Shown: positions 28,335-37,008, counted from the stretch's first letter. The stretch is 47,263 nt of DNA from a virus (IMGVR_UViG_3300037440_000041:1-47263), one strand, 5' to 3'. The notes: generated by a model not told the origin, from the letters alone. Numbers and translations: made by a program.

Positions 28335-28590
28335 CTTAGATAATACGGGGTCCTAACGTGCTTCTTAGCATCGTTACGATACAATACCGGCGAATCAGGG
28401 GCGAGGGACTGTTCACACAGACCTCTATTCCCCGGTGTTCACCCCGATATCAATCCTACCCGCTTGCTGCCTGTCAGGCTTACGTGGTAGAATCTAGCCG
28501 GTACTGCCAACCGACAGGTTGGGCTTAGGTCAGGGGCTGGGGGTCGGCTTTGACTGTAGTGTTTTGTCTGCTACGCTAAACCCTTACACC
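28335..28590 (-). ncRNA. candidate structured non-coding RNA
   Basis: Gap without a credible ORF, with many nested helices and an upstream minus-strand TTGACA-18-AATAAT (28593..28622). Confidence 0.45.
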
Positions 28591-28627
28591 TGATTATTGC
28601 ACGGAGAGGGTGGTACTGTCAAGAGCT

Positions 28628-28786
28628 ATGAGATTCAATAACTTCGATGATATCCTGTTCGAGACAGTCACAGTGTCTCGGAGTCCTGTAGAAGCGGTGA
28701 CTAGTGCTATGCTACTGGTCTCCCTGAACTGGTGGGGCTTGTACATGACAATGTGGAAAGCATGGAGGGGCTATGTCAATACGTAA
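28628..28786 (+). CDS. 52-aa hydrophobic Trp-rich protein
   Basis: Manual translation MRFNNFDDIL...LNWWGLYMTMWKAWRGYVNT. Confidence 0.45.
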   Translation: MRFNNFDDILFETVTVSRSPVEAVTSAMLLVSLNWWGLYMTMWKAWRGYVNT

Positions 28787-28949
28787 ACCCAAAGTTGAAG
28801 CTCTAACCGAAACCTGTTTCCGCATAACAGGTTTAGATTATTGGGTATTATCAGGAGAACGTGCATACTCAGATAGTGCTACGATATGGCAGCCTGAGGG
28901 AACGCTGACTCAGTTACAGGTCAATAGTGTGGTACTGCGCTTAACGTAA
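28773..28949 (+). CDS. microprotein family member (58 aa, ends VLRLT)
   Basis: SD GGAGG; clear paralog of 28959..29150. Confidence 0.7.
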   Translation: MSIRKPKVEALTETCFRITGLDYWVLSGERAYSDSATIWQPEGTLTQLQVNSVVLRLT

Positions 28950-28958
28950 GGATTTACA

Positions 28959-29150
28959 GTGGCTAAAGTTATTTTTATAGGCGAATACGATGTTAATGCC
29001 TATTTAATAAGTAATTTAATGAGTAAGTCTAATTATTGGGTGCTTGCCCAAGACCCTGGTTATTTAGACAGCACGTTAGTATGGCAGCCCAAAAACGTAC
29101 CCTCACTAAGTCAGTTGCAGATTGGAGGCTTAGTACTCCGCTTGACGTAA
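28959..29150 (+). CDS. microprotein family member (MAKVI...VLRLT)
   Basis: SD AAGGA then GTG; shares YWVL..Y.DS...WQP...L.QLQ...VLRLT with the previous gene. Confidence 0.7.
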   Translation: MAKVIFIGEYDVNAYLISNLMSKSNYWVLAQDPGYLDSTLVWQPKNVPSLSQLQIGGLVLRLT

Positions 29151-29170
29151 CCGGGAGCCGGTGGTATGCT
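29142..29170 (+). promoter_or_regulatory. sigma70-type promoter for tRNA
   Basis: TTGACG-17-TATGCT with TGn. Confidence 0.75.
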
Positions 29171-29179
29171 AGGCTTCGC

Positions 29180-29253
29180 TGGGGTGTAGCTGGACAGTCA
29201 AGCAGTGAGCTTATATCTCACCGACCCGAGTGCAATTCTCGGCACCCCAACCA
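29180..29253 (+). tRNA. tRNA with anticodon TAT (tRNA-Ile UAU)
   Basis: Acceptor TGGGGTG/CACCCCA + A-CCA; anticodon arm GTGAG-CTTATAT-CTCAC; T arm CCGAG-TGCAATT-CTCGG. Confidence 0.8.
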
Positions 29254-29271
29254 ACAGAGTCTAAGCTGTAG

Positions 29272-29300
29272 TTGACGGAGAGAGCGTATAGGGTTATGCT
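29272..29300 (+). promoter_or_regulatory. sigma70-type promoter upstream of the AAA/VWA-replication operon
   Basis: TTGACG-17-TATGCT, same boxes as 29142..29170. Confidence 0.75.
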
Positions 29301-29441
29301 AAGGCAAGCGTTCACGTTCCTAGTTCGATTCAATGGGTATACTTGTATCCGGTGTAACCGACGAGAGGCATTGCCTGATAAGAAATATTGTGCTAAGTGC
29401 TTAAAGCGTAGGACAAGCAAGTAATTTTCTAGGAGATAACA

Positions 29442-30629
29442 TTGGCTACTCGTACTACTAAGACCGCTGATAAGCCTGAGGAAGCGCCTAATCAGGAGCC
29501 TACTCGCGAAGATGTGTTCAACGCTGCACTCTGGATTGCACGCAATACGAACCGCGTCCCTACGGGGCATGGTCCTACCGCGAGTGGTAAGACCTTCGGG
29601 TTTAATGTGATGGCAGAGAGCATTGACGCAGAGCTTATTACTGTATTGCTGGGTCAGCACACTCCTGATGAGGTAGCGGGATTCCAGCTTGCTCTTAATG
29701 ACAAGCTTGTTATTCAAATGCCTTACTGGTTCCGTAAGGCTCAGGACGTTCTGGACAGTGGCAAGAGCGTTGTTATTCTGTTCGATGAGCTTAGTCTTAG
29801 CCGAGAGGAAACCCGTGGAGCGCTATACACCTTCTTCCGTGATCGTCACCTCCACGGTAATGGGTTCCAAATCCCGGATGGTAAAGAAGTTCTCATTGTG
29901 GCTGCTACCAATCCCGGTGCGTTTGCCCCTCCTTTCCGTTCGCGATGCATCTTTCTCCCCGTTCCAGCCGATCGTGACTATCTGCGTGGAATGATGCGGG
30001 GTGGATTCGGTAAGCGGGTTGCTAACATGGCTCCGCTTACCGTGGACAGTGACCCGGCGTACAGCAACGCCCCACCGCCAGCGCCTGAGACCTTCGACGC
30101 TAGCGCAGCTGCAGTGCTTAACAGTGTAGATGACCCTAAGACGGGGTTTTGGCGGCTCAGTGAGCCTACTAGGTTCCTGATTCTTAGTGGGGTGGTTCCC
30201 CACCAGACGCTTAACAGTGTTCTTAAAGAGTCTGGACTAGACGCTAGTGCACTTGCTCGCCAGCACGAAGAACTGCTCCGAGCGTTGCGTGCTCTGCCAC
30301 GGGACAAGAAGCACTCCATGATTAACAATGTGCTTGAATCTTTCCCGCAGATTGACAAGAATGAGCGTGCTGAGGCTATCCTTAGTATTCTCGATGCAAT
30401 TTATGACGACACGATGGCTGATGACCTTCACACGTACTTTAGTACTCCGCGTAGTGCAGAGGTTGTTAAGGCTGTGAGTGAAATCGACCCTGAATACATG
30501 GAGCGTCGGCTTAAGGAGCGTGGGTTACTCGCGGTAGAGGTGGACAAAAAGGGTAATAACAAGGTTAGTGGCTCGCTGGTTGCCCGTATTCAGGAAATGG
30601 TTAAGCGGACTGCTGACCAGGCCGGTTAA
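29442..30629 (+). CDS. MoxR-like AAA+ ATPase
   Basis: GPTASGKT, ILFDEL, IVAATNP, PPFRSRC. Confidence 0.85.
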   Translation: MATRTTKTADKPEEAPNQEPTREDVFNAALWIARNTNRVPTGHGPTASGKTFGFNVMAESIDAELITVLLGQHTPDEVAGFQLALNDKLVIQMPYWFRKAQDVLDSGKSVVILFDELSLSREETRGALYTFFRDRHLHGNGFQIPDGKEVLIVAATNPGAFAPPFRSRCIFLPVPADRDYLRGMMRGGFGKRVANMAPLTVDSDPAYSNAPPPAPETFDASAAAVLNSVDDPKTGFWRLSEPTRFLILSGVVPHQTLNSVLKESGLDASALARQHEELLRALRALPRDKKHSMINNVLESFPQIDKNERAEAILSILDAIYDDTMADDLHTYFSTPRSAEVVKAVSEIDPEYMERRLKERGLLAVEVDKKGNNKVSGSLVARIQEMVKRTADQAG

Positions 30630-30845
30630 ATGGTTGTAATCAGTGAGGTCGGGCCTGAAGGTAACTGGTTGTGGTATACTATAGGCGAGGGGGTAGGCTC
30701 GGCTTACCCCCGAGTAGCTTACCCCCGAGTACTAGAGTATTCTACTGCGTCTTACAAGTATCAACACGTGACAGCACTAGGTGCTGTGGATAGTTCTAGT
30801 GGTTTGACCCGTATTAGCAAAGACTATTGGTTAAGGATTATTTAA
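30630..30845 (+). CDS. microprotein family member (ends WLRII)
   Basis: Abuts the AAA stop; TAATG overlap with the VWA gene; internal AYPRV duplication. Confidence 0.6.
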   Translation: MVVISEVGPEGNWLWYTIGEGVGSAYPRVAYPRVLEYSTASYKYQHVTALGAVDSSSGLTRISKDYWLRII

Positions 30846-32104
30846 TGAAATTAAGCAACCGCAATCTTAACAACCCGGTGTACCGTAAGGTGCTCGACGC
30901 AGCACCTAGCTATATCAACACCCTAATTGGTACTGAGTGGCTTAGGTGTGAAGTACACGAAGAAGGTCCGGCGTTAGCGTGGACTACATATGACGAGGGT
31001 GCTAATCACTTTGTAGTTAACTTTCTAGAAATCGCTGCTGGTATGTCTAAAGAGGCCCTGTCTACTTTGTGGAGACACGAAGTGGGGCACGTAGCCCTCG
31101 GGCATTTCCAGCAGCCGTTGTGTAATGACAATGACAGTGTCGCAGATATTATGCGTGCTACTACTGAGCGTATGGTAGTTGCTGACATTCACATTAACTA
31201 CTACCTTCCTGAAGATATTATGCGGGAGATTGGGGAGACCGCTCTTTCTACCGTTCCTAAGGCTCTAAGAGACTCCGCCGAGCCTAAGGGTTATATTGAC
31301 CCTAAGGAGTGGCTGCCTAAGATTGGACTGAATGTAGATGAGTACCCATACGAAATCATCCACGCGGGTGTCCATCAGTTTGTGGATGAGCAGCAGCAGT
31401 CCGGTAGTGGAAATGTGGCCGGAAATGGGGGTCATGACCACTCCAATGGCATGTGTGGCGGTATTGAGCCGGTTGACGATGCTTCGGGAATGGCGGAAGC
31501 TTCGGCTGCTGTAGTCGCAGGTGTAGCCAGTGAGGGTGGCGAGGATGGTATCAGTGAATCGTGGGGTAATGGCTCTGGTCTAGATACTATTAGACTGGTG
31601 CAGTCAGACCTTCCCGAATGGATTACCGCACTGATGAACTTTGCTAGGAGCATTGTCGAGGTTGTCCTAGCTGAGAAGCGTAGCCATGCTAGACCGCAGG
31701 AAGCGTACAAGGCTTACGGTGTTCACATGCCTACGGTACGTCCTAGGTGGGACTACGCTCCTGCTCAGGTGTGTTTCCTTGTGGACACGTCCGGGAGCAT
31801 GGTGCATGAGCTTAAGTATGTTGGTCCTACAATAGATTATCTTGCGCAGCACAACGTCGCTACTCGACTAATCGCTGGTGATACTAGAGTTACGTTTGAC
31901 GAGATTGTTACGAGTGTTCCTGCTGGCCTGGTAGGTGGTGGTGGCACTGAAATCTCACCGTTGTTCGAGCGTGCTGAGGATTACTCCCCCGAGAGCATCG
32001 TGTGTTTCTCCGATGGGTATGTCCCCGGCTGGCCCAAGGAGCCCGGCGTGCCTGTGTTGTGGGTAGGTTGCCAAGCTACCCCACCGTTTGGAGTCAAGGC
32101 ATAA
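30845..32104 (+). CDS. DUF2201-like HExxH metallopeptidase + VWA domain protein
   Basis: HEVGH, D..IN, DTSGSM MIDAS, GGGGT, FSDGY. Confidence 0.85.
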   Translation: MKLSNRNLNNPVYRKVLDAAPSYINTLIGTEWLRCEVHEEGPALAWTTYDEGANHFVVNFLEIAAGMSKEALSTLWRHEVGHVALGHFQQPLCNDNDSVADIMRATTERMVVADIHINYYLPEDIMREIGETALSTVPKALRDSAEPKGYIDPKEWLPKIGLNVDEYPYEIIHAGVHQFVDEQQQSGSGNVAGNGGHDHSNGMCGGIEPVDDASGMAEASAAVVAGVASEGGEDGISESWGNGSGLDTIRLVQSDLPEWITALMNFARSIVEVVLAEKRSHARPQEAYKAYGVHMPTVRPRWDYAPAQVCFLVDTSGSMVHELKYVGPTIDYLAQHNVATRLIAGDTRVTFDEIVTSVPAGLVGGGGTEISPLFERAEDYSPESIVCFSDGYVPGWPKEPGVPVLWVGCQATPPFGVKA

Positions 32105-32316
32105 TGGCTAAAGTAATACTAACTTCTAATGGTAATTACAACATGGGGCGTTGGTTTCCTGTGGGGCTATACAATCCGGATAATTCAAAACCGGAAATGG
32201 CATCCAGGGATGCATCTAATTATTCTGAAATACACCTACCACTAAAGAACCAACCTAAAGACACTACTATGAGAGCGCCAGTAGGCGTATTCCTCCTACT
32301 AGTAACGTCAAACTAA
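32104..32316 (+). CDS. microprotein family member (MAKVI...APVGVFLLLVTSN)
   Basis: TAATG overlap; same N-terminus as 28959. Confidence 0.6.
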   Translation: MAKVILTSNGNYNMGRWFPVGLYNPDNSKPEMASRDASNYSEIHLPLKNQPKDTTMRAPVGVFLLLVTSN

Positions 32317-32340
32317 CTTGTTTAAACTAGCAGGCATAAC

Positions 32341-32541
32341 TTGTTTAAACTAGAAGCGCCATATACATGTAGCCTGTACTGTCGAAGTTGTGTTCAGGAG
32401 ACTCAGCACAAATTGGCGGGTAAAGGGTATACGTGTAACACATGCAAAAGGTTTATACATGCTGTAGAAGTAGTTGCTACTTATTCTTTAGACGACGTGT
32501 CACAGCCGTACGTTCTGCACTTACCACGGAGACTGCAATGA
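32341..32541 (+). CDS. zinc-ribbon protein
   Basis: CRSC..ETQH...YTCNTC. Confidence 0.55.
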   Translation: MFKLEAPYTCSLYCRSCVQETQHKLAGKGYTCNTCKRFIHAVEVVATYSLDDVSQPYVLHLPRRLQ

Positions 32542-32587
32542 TTGAGGGTGGAGCATACTTGTTCCGGTCAGTAATAATTAAGATACT

Positions 32588-32755
32588 ATGAATAATTTAC
32601 GTCTCATAGAAGGTTATGGTTCGTATAGGTTCGGTACACAACCTTATATATTGGGTGTTAATGGTGGTGGTTATAGGGCAGACCAGGGTCCCACTCAAGT
32701 CCGGTTTGACAATGTACGCATGATTAACAAAAGATTCTTACTTAGGGTACTTTAA
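32588..32755 (+). CDS. microprotein family member (55 aa, ends LLRVL)
   Basis: ATGA and TAATG overlaps; preceded by a 17-aa ORF 32538..32591 ending IIKIL. Confidence 0.6.
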   Translation: MNNLRLIEGYGSYRFGTQPYILGVNGGGYRADQGPTQVRFDNVRMINKRFLLRVL

Positions 32756-33372
32756 TGCAGCAAGACTTAACATTAGCACTAGCAGTAGCCGGGTGTAACA
32801 AAGCATGTAAACTATTGACTGATAGGGGTGGTGTTCCTTGCCCAGCTATGCCTGGTAAGGACTACCAGCCAGGCGGTATTGCTTTGTTCTTAGAAGCGCC
32901 CGGTGCTGATGAAGAGCAGCCTCTTACGAAGGGTGCTGCTTACGGCGCACCGCTGGTAGGCCGTGCTGGTAAGCTAATGAACACCCTGCTCTACCGTGCA
33001 GGGCTTACTCGGGACGAAGTGTTGGTAATGAATCGCATCAGGTGCAGGCCACCGCGTAACCGTATCGTAGACTACCCTGACGCTGTGCTAGCGTGTGATG
33101 ATTGGGTGCAGCGAGAGCTAGCCACGTACGCCCCTTCAGTAGTCGTGCTGTGTGGCAAGGTAGCGGGGGAGACCGTGTTCGGTGCTAACATAGGCGTCGG
33201 TGCTACTCGTGGTACAATTAGGCACACACAGCCACCGAATCCTTACGGTGACCGCGACTGGATTATGACCTACCACCCTAGCGCAGCACTCCGGCACGGT
33301 GGAGCAGGGTCTAACGTAGCCGAACTAATAGTCACAGACTTAATGGAAGCTAAGAGGTTACTTAATGCCTAA
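32755..33372 (+). CDS. family-4-like uracil-DNA glycosylase
   Basis: EAPG..EE, PLVGRAGKL, N..RCRPP.NR, TYHPSA; Fe-S Cys pattern. Confidence 0.88.
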   Translation: MQQDLTLALAVAGCNKACKLLTDRGGVPCPAMPGKDYQPGGIALFLEAPGADEEQPLTKGAAYGAPLVGRAGKLMNTLLYRAGLTRDEVLVMNRIRCRPPRNRIVDYPDAVLACDDWVQRELATYAPSVVVLCGKVAGETVFGANIGVGATRGTIRHTQPPNPYGDRDWIMTYHPSAALRHGGAGSNVAELIVTDLMEAKRLLNA

Positions 33373-33526
33373 GATTATAGATGATGTTACGGTTTCCTTA
33401 CAGTGGCATAGATACAGTATGAGGAATATGGATTGGGCTCTAGGTATATGTCCTAACCACGCAGGTACTGTAGGTATGAACCTTAATCTAATAATTATGC
33501 CACACGCTTTTCTTAAGTTAATCTAG
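33365..33526 (+). CDS. microprotein family member (53 aa, MPKII...AFLKLI)
   Basis: Manual translation; SD GAGG. Confidence 0.6.
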   Translation: MPKIIDDVTVSLQWHRYSMRNMDWALGICPNHAGTVGMNLNLIIMPHAFLKLI

Positions 33527-33535
33527 AGGTGCAGT

Positions 33536-35692
33536 ACGGAGTACATCGACCTTGACGGAATCACTACAACCGACGCGGAGCAATACGCTTTTGCCCTTAA
33601 TCTCCACGGAGAAAAAGTCGGGGAAGGTTTTACGAGTCGTAGCAATACGCTTCTCACTCTCTCGGCTACCAGCAATCAGTGCGTGGTATACACTGGACCC
33701 CAAGGTGCACCCTACTGGTCTATAACATCACCATATGTTACAGTGCTAGTAGTCCCTGATGACTACGAGTACACGTACCGTACACAGAACGTAGAAGAAT
33801 GGTCATACCTAGCGACAGGATTTAGTAATGCCGAGTCGAAGCGTTTGCTCACACACAATCCTACGAAATCTCAGACGACCCGGCTTAGCGCAGCTATGGA
33901 ACTTCAACAATTGTTCCCACTGCTACATGTTAGAACTCGTAATACAACGAAAACTACTGCAACAATTATTAAAGAGATTAACAGACAGCTAGAGTTTATA
34001 GGTAACATACCCGGGGGGTCTGCGTTAGACTATGAATGGACTAAAGACGGTAGACAAGAACTCATTGGTCTTAACGTTAGCTTACGCGATGGCACAGATT
34101 GGTATCTGCCCACTCTCGCAGAGGGATTTAGTCTACTACAATATGGTGAGGCAATTAAGCGAGCCGTCGCCGGACATTGTAGAAGTAATGACACAGTATG
34201 GCATAATGCTAAAGCAGATATCCAAACCCAATTCCCAGGAGACCCCTTAGACTACTTTGGTTGTGACATACACGATACTATCTTGATGGCATATCTAGTA
34301 GGTGAAGAAGAACTAGGACTCAAGACTTTAACAAAGAAACTACTCGGGCGTAATGCTCAGTCACTACCCGACAAGCTAGAGACACTACCTATGGAGGTAG
34401 CTGCTAAGTATGGTGCTGAGGGTGACACCCGTAATACTCTAGACTTGTTTGGTATACTGAAGCGTAAGCTAGAAGATACTAATCAATGGGAGATATACAA
34501 CAACTTAGAGCGTCCGTTAGTGCCTGTAGTAGCAAGTATGGAGAAATACGGTAGTCCCGTAGATATGCAGGAAGCTGTGCGCCTACGTAATGATTACTAT
34601 GAAATGGAGTTGGCACTTGAAGCACTTGCACAAGTCAGAGGCTTCTCTTTTAGGTCCGACTCGGGACAAAAAGAATACGTCACTAAACACTATGGGTCTA
34701 ATCTTGGGACTCTCGACAAACGTGTTCTTTCCCGTATTCCAGGCGAATGGATGGACACACTTATTGGTTATCGGCAAATCAAAACCCTCAGGAGGAACTT
34801 CCTCGACAAGCACATCGATAAGTGGAGGGGTCTAGGTGAGCCTACCGACTATAGATTATTCCCTAGATTCAACCAGGCGGGGCGTGACAATGAAAATGAG
34901 TCGTGGCTCCGTGCTCCTGCAACTGGTAGGTTCTCAAGTGCCGGCCCTAATCTCCAAAATCAACCGCGCGCAATCCGTAGCATTTTTACTGCGCCCGCTG
35001 GACATCAACTAGTATCACTAGACTATTCAAAACTAGAAATGGTGGTAGCTGCTGCTGTCAGTGGTGACCCTGCTATGCTAGCTGCACTACGTACTGGTGA
35101 TATTCACGCTTTCATGCAGGAACAAATCTTTAACAAGACAGGTGTCCACGTAACACGTACCACTGCTAAGAACGGTAACTTTAATCTACGGTACGGTGGT
35201 GGCCCGGATATGCTTATGACTATCTCAGCTAAAGAACGTGCACATCTTGATTATGATGTAGCTAAGGCTATTGTTGATACTGACCACGCTACGTACACGG
35301 GGTACTGGCAGTGGTATGACAGTACAGTTGCAGAAGCACTGCGGACAGGGTATAGTGAGAGTCTACGTGGGAGACGGAGGTACCAGGATGAATTATTCAG
35401 TGGAGATGCGGGTGTTCGCCAGCACGCAGAAAGAGCAGCAGCTAATATGGTTGTCCAAGGCACTGCTGCCGACATTATCAAAGAGGCTATGCTTAAACTC
35501 ATACCTATTCTCAGATATTATAAGGCTCATCTGAGTGTACAAATCCATGACGAGCTACTGTTCTGGGTACCCGAGCAAGCTGCTAATGCATTCCGTATAG
35601 CTGCTGCGCATGCAATGGAAAGTGTGACTATTCCACATCTAAGTCTAGCTGTAGAAGGGAAGATAGGAAAAACGTGGGGTGATGCACACTAA
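33536..35692 (+). CDS. polA: family A DNA polymerase with 3'-5' exonuclease (start uncertain: ACG 33536 or GTG 33683)
   Basis: DYE, HNAKAD, HDT exo motifs; TGRFSS..PNLQN, DYSKLE, AK..NF...YG, IHDEL. Confidence 0.92.
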   Translation, partial: TEYIDLDGITTTDAEQYAFALNLHGEKVGEGFTSRSNTLLTLSATSNQCVVYTGPQGAPYWSITSPYVTVLVVPDDYEYTYRTQNVEEWSYLATGFSNAESKRLLTHNPTKSQTTRLSAAMELQQLFPLLHVRTRNTTKTTATIIKEINRQLEFIGNIPGGSALDYEWTKDGRQELIGLNVSLRDGTDWYLPTLAEGFSLLQYGEAIKRAVAGHCRSNDTVWHNAKADIQTQFPGDPLDYFGCDIHDTILMAYLVGEEELGLKTLTKKLLGRNAQSLPDKLETLPMEVAAKYGAEGDTRNTLDLFGILKRKLEDTNQWEIYNNLERPLVPVVASMEKYGSPVDMQEAVRLRNDYYEMELALEALAQVRGFSFRSDSGQKEYVTKHYGSNLGTLDKRVLSRIPGEWMDTLIGYRQIKTLRRNFLDKHIDKWRGLGEPTDYRLFPRFNQAGRDNENESWLRAPATGRFSSAGPNLQNQPRAIRSIFTAPAGHQLVSLDYSKLEMVVAAAVSGDPAMLAALRTGDIHAFMQEQIFNKTGVHVTRTTAKNGNFNLRYGGGPDMLMTISAKERAHLDYDVAKAIVDTDHATYTGYWQWYDSTVAEALRTGYSESLRGRRRYQDELFSGDAGVRQHAERAAANMVVQGTAADIIKEAMLKLIPILRYYKAHLSVQIHDELLFWVPEQAANAFRIAAAHAMESVTIPHLSLAVEGKIGKTWGDAH

Positions 35693-35701
35693 GGAGGTAC
35701 T

Positions 35702-35794
35702 ATGTTCGTAGTCTTTATTGTGGGTGCTATTATCATTGCTGCTGCTGGTGGGTACGCTATTTATGACGCCTTTACGCAGTACGGGTTTTACTAA
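35702..35794 (+). CDS. 30-aa single-TM peptide
   Basis: SD AAGGAGGT; MFVVFIVGAIIIAAAGGYAIYDAFTQYGFY. Confidence 0.6.
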   Translation: MFVVFIVGAIIIAAAGGYAIYDAFTQYGFY

Positions 35795-35828
35795 GCGCGC
35801 ACGCGTACGATTTTTGTAGCAGACTTTA

Positions 35829-36143
35829 GTGCAAGTACGTACGCCATCTGCTCGGACCCTTAAGCGTTACGGCTTGAGCCCTGAAGCTTGGCGTGGTATA
35901 CTTAAGGGCCAGGGGGGCGTGTGCGCTGTCTGCGGTACGGTCCCCAAGTCAGGGGGTTTAGTAATAGACCACGAACACACTAGAGGGTGGGCCAAGCTCC
36001 CACCAGAGAAGCGTAGGCTATACGTTCGTGGCTTACTATGCTCCTACGATAATTTCAGGTGGTTAAGGAAGGGAGCAACAACCCAAAGGCTAAGAGCGGC
36101 AGCCGATTACTTAGAACGATACGAAAAGACAAGGAGTAAATGA
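35829..36143 (+). CDS. endonuclease VII-family protein (resolvase or homing endonuclease)
   Basis: YGL...QGGVCAVC...VIDHEH...VRGLLC..DN...AADYL. Confidence 0.85.
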   Translation: MQVRTPSARTLKRYGLSPEAWRGILKGQGGVCAVCGTVPKSGGLVIDHEHTRGWAKLPPEKRRLYVRGLLCSYDNFRWLRKGATTQRLRAAADYLERYEKTRSK

Positions 36144-36292
36144 AGCTATTTATAGAAGCAACAATAGACCCTAATGAGTTGGATATCGGTGTTATGGGTA
36201 GTTGGTTGGAGGAAGTTAAAGACAAGGTACGGGAGTACGCCAAGTTAGACAAAGCCGAGCTAACAGAAATCCCTAACATACTCAGTATTTAA
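36140..36292 (+). CDS. 50-aa hypothetical protein
   Basis: ATGA overlap; MKLFIEATID...IPNILSI. Confidence 0.55.
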   Translation: MKLFIEATIDPNELDIGVMGSWLEEVKDKVREYAKLDKAELTEIPNILSI

Positions 36293-36299
36293 GGAGTAA

Positions 36300-36572
36300 A
36301 TGACACACGTAATCGGATACTACAAGTCTGAAGATGTCCCTGGCACAAACATTAATCTGTACCACGACTATTGGTGGAGTAGCGCGGATGGTGATGAAGT
36401 TTGTCTCAATGTAGAAATCGGTAAGGAGACAGCCTACCTGACTAAAGATGAGACTGAGACTTTTGTTGCAGAGCTAATGGAAGCACTCAATGAGTGGGAC
36501 AACGTAGCGCTCGAAATGAAGCAGAGGTACACCCCTGTTGCAGTTGATGTAGTGGACGTGGAGGTAAACTAA
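36300..36572 (+). CDS. acidic hypothetical protein
   Basis: SD AAGGAG. Confidence 0.6.
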   Translation: MTHVIGYYKSEDVPGTNINLYHDYWWSSADGDEVCLNVEIGKETAYLTKDETETFVAELMEALNEWDNVALEMKQRYTPVAVDVVDVEVN

Positions 36573-36573
36573 T

Positions 36574-37008
36574 TTGACAACCGACAACGCAGTTAGGCAG
36601 CCACTGTTTCGGCAGGGTGGTGGTACAGGTGGGGAGAAGTACGAGTACGTTAATGATGGATTCTACGTTGGTGAGCTAAGCCACTTCGAAGAAGGTCCGG
36701 TGTTTACTAACGAAGATGGTACACCCGCTCCTAAGGTACGCTGGATTTGGAATCTGTTTCAGGCTGATGGTGTCACTCCCGTGATGCATGAAGGTAATGT
36801 AGTACAGATTGGTGAAATCACCAGTGACAAGACAGGTGAGCGTAGTACTGCTGCTAAGTGGTTCAGCGCACACCTTAAGCGTAACTTCAATAGCCGTGTG
36901 GATATTGTTGAGCAGGTAATGCTTGACTGTGAAGGATGCAAGGTTAACCTTGTTATTTCCACTAAGCCTAGTGGGTACAAGAAGATTGACGTATTCCCTG
37001 CTAGTTAA
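36574..37008 (+). CDS. putative single-stranded DNA-binding protein
   Basis: G.Y.GE...EEG...KVRWIW...EGCKVNLVI...GYKKID OB-like pattern; replication context. Confidence 0.55.
   Translation: MTTDNAVRQPLFRQGGGTGGEKYEYVNDGFYVGELSHFEEGPVFTNEDGTPAPKVRWIWNLFQADGVTPVMHEGNVVQIGEITSDKTGERSTAAKWFSAHLKRNFNSRVDIVEQVMLDCEGCKVNLVISTKPSGYKKIDVFPAS

Noticed and set aside
29260-29345. Second tRNA (GTTCGATTC T-loop-like motif)
   Set aside because: No proper cloverleaf; the region is explained by a TTGACG-17-TATGCT promoter
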